Notes: generated by a model from the sequence alone, not told the origin. Positions 1-9,380 are shown, counted from the stretch's first letter. The stretch is 64,000 nucleotides of DNA from Bryobacterales bacterium (GCA_963422375.2 OY729427.2:1472001-1536000), one strand, 5' to 3'. Numbers and translations are program-made.

Positions 1-69
1 CGCGACAGGACGCGATTGTCGTCAGCAGTCCAGAGACAGGCTCAACGGCCAGCCCCGCGCGCAATCGCT

Positions 70-1017
70 ATGATGAGCGATTCTTCGGCCATGCCGTCCG
101 CCCCCGAGATTTCCGTTGTCGTCCCTGTCCGCAACGAGGAGGCGAGCGTAGAGGAACTGGAGCGGCAGCTGCGCGCTGTGCTGCCCGCGAGCCACGAGAT
201 CCTATTCGTCGACGACGGGAGCACGGACGGCACATGGGGCCGGCTGGCGGGCATTCACGAGCCCGGTCGCGTGCGCCTGGTGCGATTCCGAGCGGGAGCA
301 GGCAAGTCCGCCGCCCTCATGGCGGGATTCGCGCGCTCGCGGGCGCCCGTGGTGTTCACCTTGGACGGCGACCTGCAGGACGACCCGACCGAGATTCCGG
401 CCTTCCTCGCGAAGCTCCGCGAGGGCTACGACCTCGTGTCCGGATGGAAGCGCGTCCGCCGTGACCCGCTGCACAAGGTCGCAGCGTCGCGAGCCTTCAA
501 CCTTGTCATGCGACTGGTGGCGGGCATCGGCCTGCACGACATGAACTGCGGCTTCAAGTGCTACCGCGCCGAAGTCACCCGCTCGCTGCGCATATACGGC
601 GAACAGCACAGGTTCATCCCCGTCTTCGCGGCGCATAACGGCTTCCGCGTCGGCGAGATCGAGGTGCGCCACCGGCCCCGCCGCCACGGCCGCTCCAAGT
701 ACGGGCTCGGCCGCCTCGCGAAGGGCTTCATCGACCTAGGCACCGTGCTGCTCCGCACGAGATACCGGAACCGGCCCGCCCACGCGTTCGGGCTAGCGGC
801 CCTCGCCTGCATGGCGGCGGCGGCCGTCCTGGCTATCCTCGCCGCAGCCGTACCGGCGGGACTGCGGATCTCAATTCTCAGCATGGGCTGTTCGCTTGCC
901 CTCGCGACGGTTTCGTCGGTGCTCATGGCCTGCGGCTGGCTGGCGGAAACGCACCTAGACATTTCGGGAGGCGCGGACAGGGGCGATTGGCCGGCCATCG
1001 AGGAAGCCCGTGATTAG
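70..1017 (+). CDS. Glycosyltransferase family 2 (polyprenol-phosphate glycosyltransferase, ArnC/DPM1-like)
   Basis: ISVVVPVRNE, FVDDGSTDGT, GKSAALMAG, LDGDLQDDP, DMNCGFK and HRFIP motifs; two C-terminal TM helices. Start uncertain (16, 70 or 91). Confidence 0.9.
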   Translation: MMSDSSAMPSAPEISVVVPVRNEEASVEELERQLRAVLPASHEILFVDDGSTDGTWGRLAGIHEPGRVRLVRFRAGAGKSAALMAGFARSRAPVVFTLDGDLQDDPTEIPAFLAKLREGYDLVSGWKRVRRDPLHKVAASRAFNLVMRLVAGIGLHDMNCGFKCYRAEVTRSLRIYGEQHRFIPVFAAHNGFRVGEIEVRHRPRRHGRSKYGLGRLAKGFIDLGTVLLRTRYRNRPAHAFGLAALACMAAAAVLAILAAAVPAGLRISILSMGCSLALATVSSVLMACGWLAETHLDISGGADRGDWPAIEEARD

Positions 1018-1930
1018 CCGAGGGCTAACCCGTGCGAAGCTCGTCCTGCCGCTGATTCTGGCCTACTTCATCGGCCGGTCGATCTACGGGAACTGGGAAC
1101 AAGTCCGCGCCGAGTCGTGGAGGCTGGACCCCGCGTGGCTGGCGCTATCCGCGGCGCTGGCGGCGGCGTGGTACCTAGTCCGCCCGCTGGGCTGGACCCT
1201 CCTGTTGCGAGGATTCGGCCCCGACCTGCCGTACGCGGAAATCTACCGGGTCTACCGCAAGTCGGAACTCAGCCGGTACGTCCCCGGAGGCATCTGGCAG
1301 TTCGCCGCCCGAATCTACCTCACCCAACGCTACGGGGTCGGGGCGGCGGCCTGTTTGGCAGCGACGCTGCTGGACATGACTCTCGCAGCTCTGGCGGCCA
1401 TGATTCCAGCGGCCTGGGTGGCCGCGGCGGCGCACGAGTCGCTAGGCCCATGGCAACGGCTCGCCGTGCTGGCTTTCCCGGCCTTCGCGTCCGTGCTGGT
1501 CATCCCGCGCGTGCTCAACGCATGGGCCGGCCCGCTCGCAAGGCTGCTCAAACAGCCCTACCAGCCTCTCGAGATCGGTGCGGCACGAATGTTCGCGATC
1601 TGGGGCATGTACGTTGCCACATGGACGTCGCTTGCGCTCGCTGCGGGGTGCTTCGCGCGCGCGCTGCTTCCCGGAATCGACAGCGACGTACTCCTCTACA
1701 TCGCGGGCTGCTATGCGCTGGCCTGGCTCGCGGCGCTGCTGACGATCGTCTCGCCGGCCGGGATGGGAATCCGCGAAGGCCTGCTCGGACTTCTGCTCGG
1801 GCAGGCCTTGGCGGTCGGCACGGCCATGACACTGGCGGTAGCGATCCGCCTGTGGGTCGTCTGCCTGGAACTGGGGTGGCTGGGCGTCGGCTATTTGATG
1901 CCGCGAAGGCCTTGCGCGGCAGCGGACTAG
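1010..1930 (+). CDS. UPF0104 / lysylphosphatidylglycerol-synthase TM-domain (flippase-like) membrane protein
   Basis: Multi-TM protein with RYVPGGIW and PAGMGIREG motifs; overlaps the end of the GT2 gene. Confidence 0.8.
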   Translation: MISRGLTRAKLVLPLILAYFIGRSIYGNWEQVRAESWRLDPAWLALSAALAAAWYLVRPLGWTLLLRGFGPDLPYAEIYRVYRKSELSRYVPGGIWQFAARIYLTQRYGVGAAACLAATLLDMTLAALAAMIPAAWVAAAAHESLGPWQRLAVLAFPAFASVLVIPRVLNAWAGPLARLLKQPYQPLEIGAARMFAIWGMYVATWTSLALAAGCFARALLPGIDSDVLLYIAGCYALAWLAALLTIVSPAGMGIREGLLGLLLGQALAVGTAMTLAVAIRLWVVCLELGWLGVGYLMPRRPCAAAD

Positions 1931-2568
1931 AGCTCGCGCACAGCGATGTTCCGGAACCGGTGCTCGAGACCGGGACGGCAACGGTTCCCGCCATGCACCT
2001 GCACGGCGATGCTGCCTTTCTCCGCACGGTTCGGCAAGCGGTTCGCGGTGTCTTGAAAATCCACGACCCGGGTGCCGTTCAGCCAGACCTCGATGCGGGG
2101 CGCTCCGCCGCGGATGCGCGCCCGCAGCGCGTTCCATGCCCCGTCCTTCCAAGCCTCGCGCCATCCCTCCGCCGGCTTCGTCACGACGCCCTCGAGCCGC
2201 TCGCCGTAGACGCCGCCCATGTTCCCTCCCTCCAAGTAGTCCAGCATCACCTGGTATGCCTGGCCGCTGCCGCTCGAGCGCAGGAAGAGGCCGCCGTCGC
2301 ATCCGAAGTCGGGCTTGATCTCGACGTACACTTCAAAATCGCCGAACACCTCGTCGGTCAGCAGGATGCCTCCGTTGCCCTCCCGGTCCTGCTTGCCCAC
2401 AAGCGCACCTTCGAACACCCGCCATTCCTTGGTGTCCCCGTGATGATTGGTCAGGCTCGTGTGCCAGCCGGCTAGGTTGCGCCCATTGAAGATCGAACGA
2501 AATCCGTCGGGCGGCTGCGCGCCGAGCAGCAGCGGAATCAGGAGCGGAAGAGTCTGTCGGATGCGCAA
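1927..2568 (-). CDS. DUF1080 (3-keto-disaccharide hydrolase-like) secreted protein
   Basis: FNGRNLAGW, FGDFE, DGGLFLR, YQV, WN and IAVQVHGG...RFRNIAVREL motifs. TTG start at 2568 with GGAGGAGG RBS and signal peptide. Confidence 0.85.
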   Translation of the reverse strand: MRIRQTLPLLIPLLLGAQPPDGFRSIFNGRNLAGWHTSLTNHHGDTKEWRVFEGALVGKQDREGNGGILLTDEVFGDFEVYVEIKPDFGCDGGLFLRSSGSGQAYQVMLDYLEGGNMGGVYGERLEGVVTKPAEGWREAWKDGAWNALRARIRGGAPRIEVWLNGTRVVDFQDTANRLPNRAEKGSIAVQVHGGNRCRPGLEHRFRNIAVREL

Positions 2569-2694
2569 GGCGCCTCCTCCTCCGAGGTAGCGTAGCACGG
2601 GAGGCTGGAGTCTCCGGATCCGGGGCCGAGGACGCGCTTGTATACTGTACCCGTGCAGGCGGCGGGAGCCGCCCCGAGGGAGCATTCGGCGCGG

Positions 2695-3027
2695 ATGGCC
2701 GGGTATTACCGAGACGACGACTTGCCCCGCTTCGCGGATATGGCCGCGGGCGCGCCGGAACTGTGGGAGAAGTTCGAGTCGTGGTACACCGCGGTATTCC
2801 GGGCGGGGGCCCTGACGGAACGCGAGAAAAGCCTCATCGCGCTCGCCGTGGCGCACGCAGTGCAGTGCCCTTACTGCATCGACGCCTACACCCAAGCCTG
2901 CCTGGAGAAGGGCTCGAACCGGGAGCAGATGACAGAAGCGGTCCATGTCGCGTCGGCCATCAAGGGCGGGGCCGCGCTGGTTCACGGCCTGCAGATGCGG
3001 CGCGTCGCGGACAAGCTCAGCATGTAG
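2695..3027 (+). CDS. AhpD/carboxymuconolactone decarboxylase family protein (arsenosugar-associated peroxidase-like)
   Basis: ALTEREKSLIALAVAHAVQCPYCIDAY with CxxC; directly upstream of the ArsS-type radical SAM gene. Confidence 0.85.
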   Translation: MAGYYRDDDLPRFADMAAGAPELWEKFESWYTAVFRAGALTEREKSLIALAVAHAVQCPYCIDAYTQACLEKGSNREQMTEAVHVASAIKGGAALVHGLQMRRVADKLSM

Positions 3028-3033
3028 GGGGCC

Positions 3034-4083
3034 GTGGGACTCAGCCTTAAAGCGAGCCGCCATCCGCTGGCGTCGCCCCGCGAGCAGCTGCGGATTATCG
3101 GCAACGGCGCGGGCGGCAAGCGCTTCCAGCCATTCCGGGACAAGCTGGCCGAGGCGGGGGTGGGGCCGCTGGCCGCCAAGGCCATCGAAGTATTCCAAAT
3201 CAACGTAGGCAAGCTGTGCAACCAAGCATGCAAGCACTGCCACGTCGACGCCGGGCCCGACCGGACGGCAGAGAACATGAGCCGCGAGACGCTCGATCTC
3301 TGCCTGGCCGCGGTCCGGCGGGTCGGTCGCCCGCGGGTCGACATCACGGGCGGCGCGCCGGAACTCAACCCGCATTTCCGCTGGTTCGTGCAGCAGGTCC
3401 GCTCGCTCGGCTGCCGCGTGATCGACCGCTGCAATCTGACCGTCCTCCTGCTGGACTCCCAGCGGGGCCTAGCCAACTTCCTCGCGGCCCACGAGGTCGA
3501 AGTGATCGCGAGCCTACCGTACTTCCTCGGATCCCGCACCGACGCCCAGCGCGGCGACGGCGTGTTCGACAAGTCGGTCGCGGCGCTGCGCAAGCTGAAC
3601 GCGCTGGGGTACGGACGTCCGGGAAGCGGGCTCCTGCTCAATCTCGTCTACAATCCGACCGGCGCGTTCCTCCCCCCCGACCAAGCGGCGCTCGAAGCGG
3701 ACTTCCGCCGCGAGCTACGCGCGCGTCACGGGATCGAGTTCAACTCGCTCTACACGATCACCAACATGCCAATCAGCCGGTACCTCGAGTTTCTGATCCG
3801 CAGCGGCAACTACCGCCGTTACATGGAGAGGCTGGTGGGGACGTTCAACCGGGCCGCGGTCGCTGGCGTCATGTGCCGCACGATGATCTCGGTCGGCTGG
3901 GACGGCAGGATCTTCGACTGCGACTTCAACCAGATGCTCGATCTCGAGGTCGGCTACGGCGCTCCGCGCCATATCCGCGACTTCGACCCGGACGCCCTCG
4001 CTAGCCGCCGAATCGTGAGCGACCAGCACTGCTACGGATGCACCGCCGGCGCGGGATCCAGTTGCGGCGGCGCAACCGCCTGA
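3034..4083 (+). CDS. arsS: Radical SAM / Cys-rich domain protein, ArsS family (DUF3641 C-terminus)
   Basis: QINVGKLCNQACKHCHVDAGP (CxxxCxxC), DITGGAPELNP, DCDFNQML and C-terminal HCYGCTAGAGSSCGG. Confidence 0.85.
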   Translation: MGLSLKASRHPLASPREQLRIIGNGAGGKRFQPFRDKLAEAGVGPLAAKAIEVFQINVGKLCNQACKHCHVDAGPDRTAENMSRETLDLCLAAVRRVGRPRVDITGGAPELNPHFRWFVQQVRSLGCRVIDRCNLTVLLLDSQRGLANFLAAHEVEVIASLPYFLGSRTDAQRGDGVFDKSVAALRKLNALGYGRPGSGLLLNLVYNPTGAFLPPDQAALEADFRRELRARHGIEFNSLYTITNMPISRYLEFLIRSGNYRRYMERLVGTFNRAAVAGVMCRTMISVGWDGRIFDCDFNQMLDLEVGYGAPRHIRDFDPDALASRRIVSDQHCYGCTAGAGSSCGGATA

Positions 4084-4172
4084 GGCCGGATCGCAGCGGT
4101 CGGCAGCCGCAGCCTGATGTAGACTGGGACTGTCCGAGCGCGGCCGCGCTCCACCTAGGAAGGACGGTTTCC

Positions 4173-4862
4173 ATGCTGACCAAGATCCACGTCTGGCTCG
4201 CCGTGGCAGCTACCATCGTGCTGCTGGCCCGTTGCGGCGGCAGCGAAGCGCCCCCCGAAGAGGCTCCGCCCGAACCGCCGGAAGTGACCGAGGCCCCTCC
4301 GGTTGCCGAACCGGAAGTCGAGGCGAGAGTGGAGCCCGAGCCCGCACCGGCCCCGGAGCCGACCGGCCCGCCCAAGGTCCGCATGGAGACTTCCATGGGC
4401 TCGATGGTCTTGGAACTCTATCCGGATCGCGCGCCGGAAACGGTCGCGAATTTCCTGAAATACGTGGACGAGGAATTCTACGACCGCACGATTTTCCATC
4501 GGGTAATCCCCAGCTTCATGGTCCAAGGCGGCGGGTTCACCGCGTCGATGAGTGAGAAGCAAACCCGGCCGGGAATTCGGAACGAGGCCGGTGGGCTGTC
4601 GAATGTCAGGTACAGCATCTCCATGGCCCGAACCTCGGATCCGCACAGCGCCACTGCGCAGTTCTTCATCAATCACGTCACGAATCGCGGGCTGGACAAG
4701 GACCAGGCCCCGGACGGATGGGGCTACTGCGCCTTCGGCAAGGTAGTCGAGGGGACCGAGGTGATCGACAAGATCGCCGGGGTGCCCACAGGAAACCGCG
4801 ACGGGCACCAGAACGTGCCCGTCACGCCAGTGCTGATTCGCAAGGTCGAGCGAGTCGGGTAG
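4173..4862 (+). CDS. Cyclophilin-type peptidyl-prolyl cis-trans isomerase, probable lipoprotein with Pro/Glu linker
   Basis: FHRVIPSFMVQGGG, MARTSDPHSATAQFFIN and GYCAFGKVVEG motifs; N-terminal hydrophobic stretch ending in Cys. Confidence 0.93.
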   Translation: MLTKIHVWLAVAATIVLLARCGGSEAPPEEAPPEPPEVTEAPPVAEPEVEARVEPEPAPAPEPTGPPKVRMETSMGSMVLELYPDRAPETVANFLKYVDEEFYDRTIFHRVIPSFMVQGGGFTASMSEKQTRPGIRNEAGGLSNVRYSISMARTSDPHSATAQFFINHVTNRGLDKDQAPDGWGYCAFGKVVEGTEVIDKIAGVPTGNRDGHQNVPVTPVLIRKVERVG

Positions 4863-5280
4863 CCCGAATCGGCTGGGCGCTCCGCCCGACCTTCTCGCGA
4901 CGGGGTCCCGCCGGAGCGGTAGTCGCACGCCCTCCGTCGCGCACTCAGCCGGCTGAATTGCGGCTCGGCTGGCCTGAAGTGGACACGGTAGCGGGCGGTC
5001 TCGGCTGGGACTCTGTTCTAGTCGCACGCCGCGATTGCGGACCGCTCCCGCGGGAACGTCCGCACGCCCGGGCGTGCGACGACGGGAGATGCCTTGGCCC
5101 AATGTCCGGCCGGCATCCGGCACACCCAGTGTCCGCGCCTGGAGCGATTCTCGGACCACGAGGTTTCGGGAACGAGCACGACGAGACCCTTGCCGACAGT
5201 AGCGATCCGGCTATATCCCAAGACTCGACACTGGCGCGCTGGCCAAGGGCTGCTAGCCTTAGACTCCTCAGGAGGAACGC

Positions 5281-5773
5281 ATGGGAGGGTCGCAAGTGTA
5301 CAGCGCACGCGCGGTCGCGAATTTCATGATTGAGCAGGTGGCATTGGACGGGGTTTGCCTCACCTCAATGCAGCTTCTGAAGCTCGTGTACATCGCGCAC
5401 GGCTGGAACCTAGCGGTCTATGGCCGCCCCCTGGTACGAGACCGGATCGAAAGCTTGGAAGTACGGTCCGGTCATCCCCGACCTGTACCAAGCTGTGAAA
5501 AAGTGGGGTTCAGGACCTGTGAGGGAGACGCTCCCGGGCTATCACGCTGCGACCGGCGTGTTCGAGGATTCCGACAGGGAACTGATGTCCATCGTGCTGT
5601 CATCGTACGGGCACCTCGGCGGCCTCGATCTTTCGAATCTGACGCACAAGAAGGACACACCTTGGTTCAAGGTCTACTTTGAGCGAGGTGGCCGCGAGAG
5701 GCGTCACGCAGCGATTCCGGGCCAACTGATCAAGGAGCACTTCGACGGGCTCCTTCGGGAAGCTGTGCCATGA
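5281..5773 (+). pseudogene. Panacea-domain (DUF4065/SocA/GepA-like) antitoxin, frameshifted
   Basis: SARAVANF...TSMQLLKLVYIAHGWNLA...IE continues in another frame as AWKYGPVIPDLY...LSNLTH..TPW. One extra A in GAAAGCTTGG near 5450; AGGAGG RBS upstream. Confidence 0.85.
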
Positions 5774-5957
5774 CATCTGACAGCGACGCCCCTGCGCATC
5801 CGCTTGGTGCCGATCAGGAGGGAAGCCTCGGGGTTGGGGTCGAATTGAAGGAGCGCCTGCAGGCCGTCGCCTCTCTGACCCAAGACATTGAAAGCCCCTG
5901 CAAGGGAGACGACACCGACGCCAAACCGAACGGGAAGCGCAAGCGAGCCTCTACCTA

Positions 5958-6212
5958 GTGCTTGTGACAAAACCCCTGAATTCTGGCCTGATCAGCATTT
6001 CATGCTACATCCTGATGTCGGATGGATCTCCAAACACAACATATAGGGCCCAAGGTCGGAAGTTGCTCAGCCGCCAATCGCGAAGATTTCCGCGCTCTAC
6101 CCAGAATTGGCAGGATTTCGGACTAGTCGTAGCATTCCAGTGAAATCTTCACCTTGAGAGATTGGACCTAACGCCTTTGTTGTCAAGAGAATACGAGTTT
6201 TGTCACAGGCAC
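5958..6212. mobile_element. 255-bp MITE-like non-autonomous element
   Basis: 16-bp TIRs GTGCTTGTGACAAAAC (5958-5973) and GTTTTGTCACAGGCAC (6197-6212), 1 mismatch. Flanked by direct repeat TACCTA (5952-5957, 6213-6218); interior lower in GC, no transposase. Confidence 0.8.
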
Positions 6213-6351
6213 TACCTAACGGAAGAGGCCCAACGCGTCATGGCCGACCAAGAAAGGGTTCAAACCGAATTGATCGGGGAAACCAGCCTACTCCGGACAG
6301 AGTACGCTTCCCGAGCTTACGACTTCACGGAGGATTGAGTGTATTGCGTTT

Positions 6352-7385
6352 CCTGATTACCAACGAACGTCAGCCGAGGATATGCTATTACTGAAGGAGG
6401 TCGGAAATCTCTGACAGGAAAGGGGATAGCAGCTGAAACGCAATCGCGTGCAGTTCCAGAAGGGACTCAGCCCGGGCAAGTTCCTGCAGCGCTACGGCAG
6501 CGAGGGGCCATGCGAGCAGGCCGTCTTCAACGCCCGCTGGCCGGACGGCTTCCGCTGCCCGGAGTGCGGCTCCCGACGGCACTGCCGCATCCGCTCCCGC
6601 AAGCTCCGGCAGTGCCATGCCTGCCACCACCAGAGCTCCCTCGTCGCCGGCACGATCTTCGCCGCCAGCAAGCTGCCGCTGACCGTCCGGTTGCTGGCGA
6701 TCCACCTGCTGACGCAGGGCAAGCACGGCGTTTCGTCGCTGGAACTGGCGCGGCAGCCGGGCGTAAGCCGGAACACGGCCTGGAAGGTGCAGCACAAGCT
6801 CCTGCCAGTGCTGAAGGAGCGCGACGAGCGCGTGCCGCTGCACGGCATCGTGCAAGTGGACGACGCCTACTGGGGCGGGGAGCGGAGCGGCGGCAAGCGC
6901 GGTCGCGGCGCGGCGGGCAAGACGCCGTTCGTCGCCGCCGTGCAGGTCAGCGCCGCCGGCCAGCCGGCAAGGATGCGCATGAGCAGCGTGGCGGGCTTGC
7001 GCAAGAAGACGCTGGCAGCGTCGGCCGGGCGGCACTTGCAGCCCGGCACGGAGGTGCATTCCGACGGCCCGGCCTGCTTCCGGGGCGTGGCCGGCGCCGG
7101 CTGCGAGCACGTGCCGACCGTCACCGGAGGCGGGCAGCGGAGCTGCGGGGATTCCCGCTTCGTCCGGGTCAGCACGATGCTGGCGAACGTCAAGCAGTCC
7201 CTGGCGGGAACCTGCCATGCGCTCGACGGCAAGCACCTGCCGCGGTACCTCGCCGCATTCCGCTACCGCTTCAACCGCCGCTACGATCTCGAGGCGCTGG
7301 TCCCCCGCCTGCTCCACGCCTCCGTGCGCACCCCGCCCATGCCTTACCCCCTCCTAACCTTGGCTGAGTCCTGTGGGTAATCAGG
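6352..7385 (+). mobile_element. IS1595-family insertion sequence (1034 bp)
   Basis: 24-bp imperfect TIRs (6352-6375 and 7362-7385, 18/24 match, CCTGATTACC core). 8-bp TSD TTGCGTTT / TTGAGTTT with 1 mismatch; contains a transposase ORF. Confidence 0.9.
6433..7380 (+). CDS. IS1595-family (ISXO2-like) DDE transposase, possibly degenerate
   Basis: NRVQFQKGLS N-terminus, RWPDGFRCPECG zinc ribbon, VQVDDAYWGG, GKRGRG, HSDG and YRFNRR. Expected start position reads CTG (6433); next usable start is GTG 6448. Confidence 0.88.
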   Translation: MKRNRVQFQKGLSPGKFLQRYGSEGPCEQAVFNARWPDGFRCPECGSRRHCRIRSRKLRQCHACHHQSSLVAGTIFAASKLPLTVRLLAIHLLTQGKHGVSSLELARQPGVSRNTAWKVQHKLLPVLKERDERVPLHGIVQVDDAYWGGERSGGKRGRGAAGKTPFVAAVQVSAAGQPARMRMSSVAGLRKKTLAASAGRHLQPGTEVHSDGPACFRGVAGAGCEHVPTVTGGGQRSCGDSRFVRVSTMLANVKQSLAGTCHALDGKHLPRYLAAFRYRFNRRYDLEALVPRLLHASVRTPPMPYPLLTLAESCG

Positions 7386-7947
7386 TTGAGTTTTGGCGCT
7401 CGTGGTCCTTGATGCCTGCAAGAGACCCGAGATCTGCGAGGTCCCTGTGCCGAATCCGAGTGTCGTCGATCGATTCGCTATCGGCACCTGCCGCACGTTA
7501 CCCAGCTTGGAGATCGAGATGCCTGTCATGGTCGGCATCTCCGCGAGCTCGACGGCGGCTGTGGTAAGCCTTGTAGTTGTCGTGGCGAAGGGCCTGTTTG
7601 CTCCCCCGCCGGTGCGAGGCATCGGACTGGTCGCCAGAGGCGGCCTTGGAGTCGACTCTGAGGCTAGCCTTGGCGCTTGCGTCACAGCATAGGATGGACG
7701 GGATCTTAGTCCGGCCGGCAGTCGACCGCAGGACATCTTGAGCGGCGCGAACTAACTGGGGATGGTTCGGAGATCCGCCCGACGACCTCAAAATCCGGCC
7801 TCGACCGCTCTCGCCGCGCTCAGGCGACCGCAGGAAGATCCGGGCTGCGGGTCTCGGACGCAACCCCAACCGGAACCCGGCGCAATCCCGCAGGCACGGT
7901 CCGAGCGGCGGCATTGGCCTTCCGCAACAGTGTCCGTGGTCGGCCGT

Positions 7948-9219
7948 TCAGCGACGCTCGCCTCCATCCTCGGATCGAGGATTCTTCGGCAGCAGCCCGA
8001 TCGCCAGAGCACCCAAGGCCGCCAGTCCGAATACCGCCCACAGCGCCTGGCCGTAGCCGGCCAACCGTCCGGCTAGGCCTGCGATCAGCCGCGGCGTCCA
8101 GAACTGGGTGATCGTATCGCTTGGCAGGATCGCGGACATCGCCTTGCCCAGCGAGGGCAGCCCGAATTGGTCCGCGGCCATCAGCGGGATCAGCATGTAG
8201 TCCGCGCCCATCGCGAAGCCGAAGATCACTGCGAAAAGGTAGACCATTTCGGGCTGGTCGGGCGTCACGAGGAACAGCAGCGGGATCGCCATGGCGACGA
8301 TGACGTAAGTCGCCAGCATCACGTACTTGCGCGGCAAACGGTCCGCCAGCCAACCGGCGATCAGCCTCCCGAGGATGCTGGACAGCAGGTACGTGAACGA
8401 GGCGTCCGACCAGATCTGGTCGCGGGCCGCCTGGTCGGTGAAGCCCTGCTCCTCGTACACGAACTTCATCAGGAAGTTCACCGCGGCGATCGAGCCGATG
8501 GAGGCGGCGCTCCCGAGCAAGAGCAGCCAGAAGGCGCTGCGGCTGGCGAGGTCGCCGAATGTCTTGGTCCTTCCCGCGGGAACCGCCGACTCGACCGTCT
8601 GCGCCGCTTGGTCGGCCGTGTCGCCGTCCGGCAGCTGCCCCATGTCCTCCGGCTTGTCGCGGATCACGAAGAACGCCAGCGGCCACGCGATCGCCATGAG
8701 GAAGCCCATCCAGCGCAGCGCTTCCGTGTAGTCCATCAGCGAGACGAGGTAGGGCGCTAGCTTGTTGCAGAGAGCGCCGATCACGGCGACGCCCACGTAT
8801 GTGATCCCCATCGCTACGCCGCGCCTGCGCTTGTACCAGTTCGAAATGATGATCTGGTGCGGGATCGGGCCCGACAGGAAGTAGCCCGCCATGTAGAGGC
8901 ACCACGCAAGGTAGTACTCGATCTCGCTGCCACCGAGGCGTCCGAACCACTGGAAGGAGAGGAACGTCAGGAACGTCCCGACTAGGATCAGCTTTCGCGG
9001 CGAGACCTTCGGAACGATCACCGGGCCGATCCAGATAGTCAGCAGCACAGCGATCGGCGCCCCCGTAGTCACCAGAACCTGTGTCCAAGAGTGGCCGTCG
9101 CGGAAGTAGTCAAAGAAGAACGAGATGTTGTAGTAGGGGAACCCCGTCGACAGTCCGAACGTAATGAAGCAGGCGGCGATGATCCACGGCCCGAAAAACG
9201 GTTTCTTCGACGAATTCAT
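7948..9219 (-). CDS. MFS transporter
   Basis: About 12 TM helices; WYKRRRGVAMG and GRLIAGWLADR motifs. Confidence 0.9.
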   Translation of the reverse strand: MNSSKKPFFGPWIIAACFITFGLSTGFPYYNISFFFDYFRDGHSWTQVLVTTGAPIAVLLTIWIGPVIVPKVSPRKLILVGTFLTFLSFQWFGRLGGSEIEYYLAWCLYMAGYFLSGPIPHQIIISNWYKRRRGVAMGITYVGVAVIGALCNKLAPYLVSLMDYTEALRWMGFLMAIAWPLAFFVIRDKPEDMGQLPDGDTADQAAQTVESAVPAGRTKTFGDLASRSAFWLLLLGSAASIGSIAAVNFLMKFVYEEQGFTDQAARDQIWSDASFTYLLSSILGRLIAGWLADRLPRKYVMLATYVIVAMAIPLLFLVTPDQPEMVYLFAVIFGFAMGADYMLIPLMAADQFGLPSLGKAMSAILPSDTITQFWTPRLIAGLAGRLAGYGQALWAVFGLAALGALAIGLLPKNPRSEDGGERR

Positions 9220-9380
9220 GCTCGTAGTCGCTGCAGCGCGTACCGCTAGTCTACCCGAAGCGCCCTCCCCGGTGCCAGAACGGCAACCAGCGACCGGGGC
9301 GCTATCCTGAAGCTAGGGGCGCGGCCGCTTGGCGGCCCCGGGGCCCGGGGGCGAGCCGCTGCCAGCGCTCTCGAACAGGG

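Larger units (their letters stand above)
5770..7692 (+). pseudogene. Interrupted membrane-protein gene, putative toxin partner of the Panacea antitoxin
   Basis: ATGA overlap with the antitoxin. Segments 5770-5957, 6219-6351 and 7394-7692 join in frame once the MITE and IS1595 (each with one TSD copy) are removed. Also needs a frameshift near 5923 and readthrough of TGA at 6336-6338. Confidence 0.65.

Noticed and set aside
4040..4140. Selenocysteine recoding/SECIS at the ArsS C-terminus
   Set aside because: The candidate position is TGC (Cys); the TGA at 4081-4083 falls after the complete GSSCGG motif and is a normal stop.
7344..7736. Minus-strand ORF as the gene interrupted by IS1595
   Set aside because: No recognisable motifs; the plus-strand frame gives a coherent reconstruction across both insertions.
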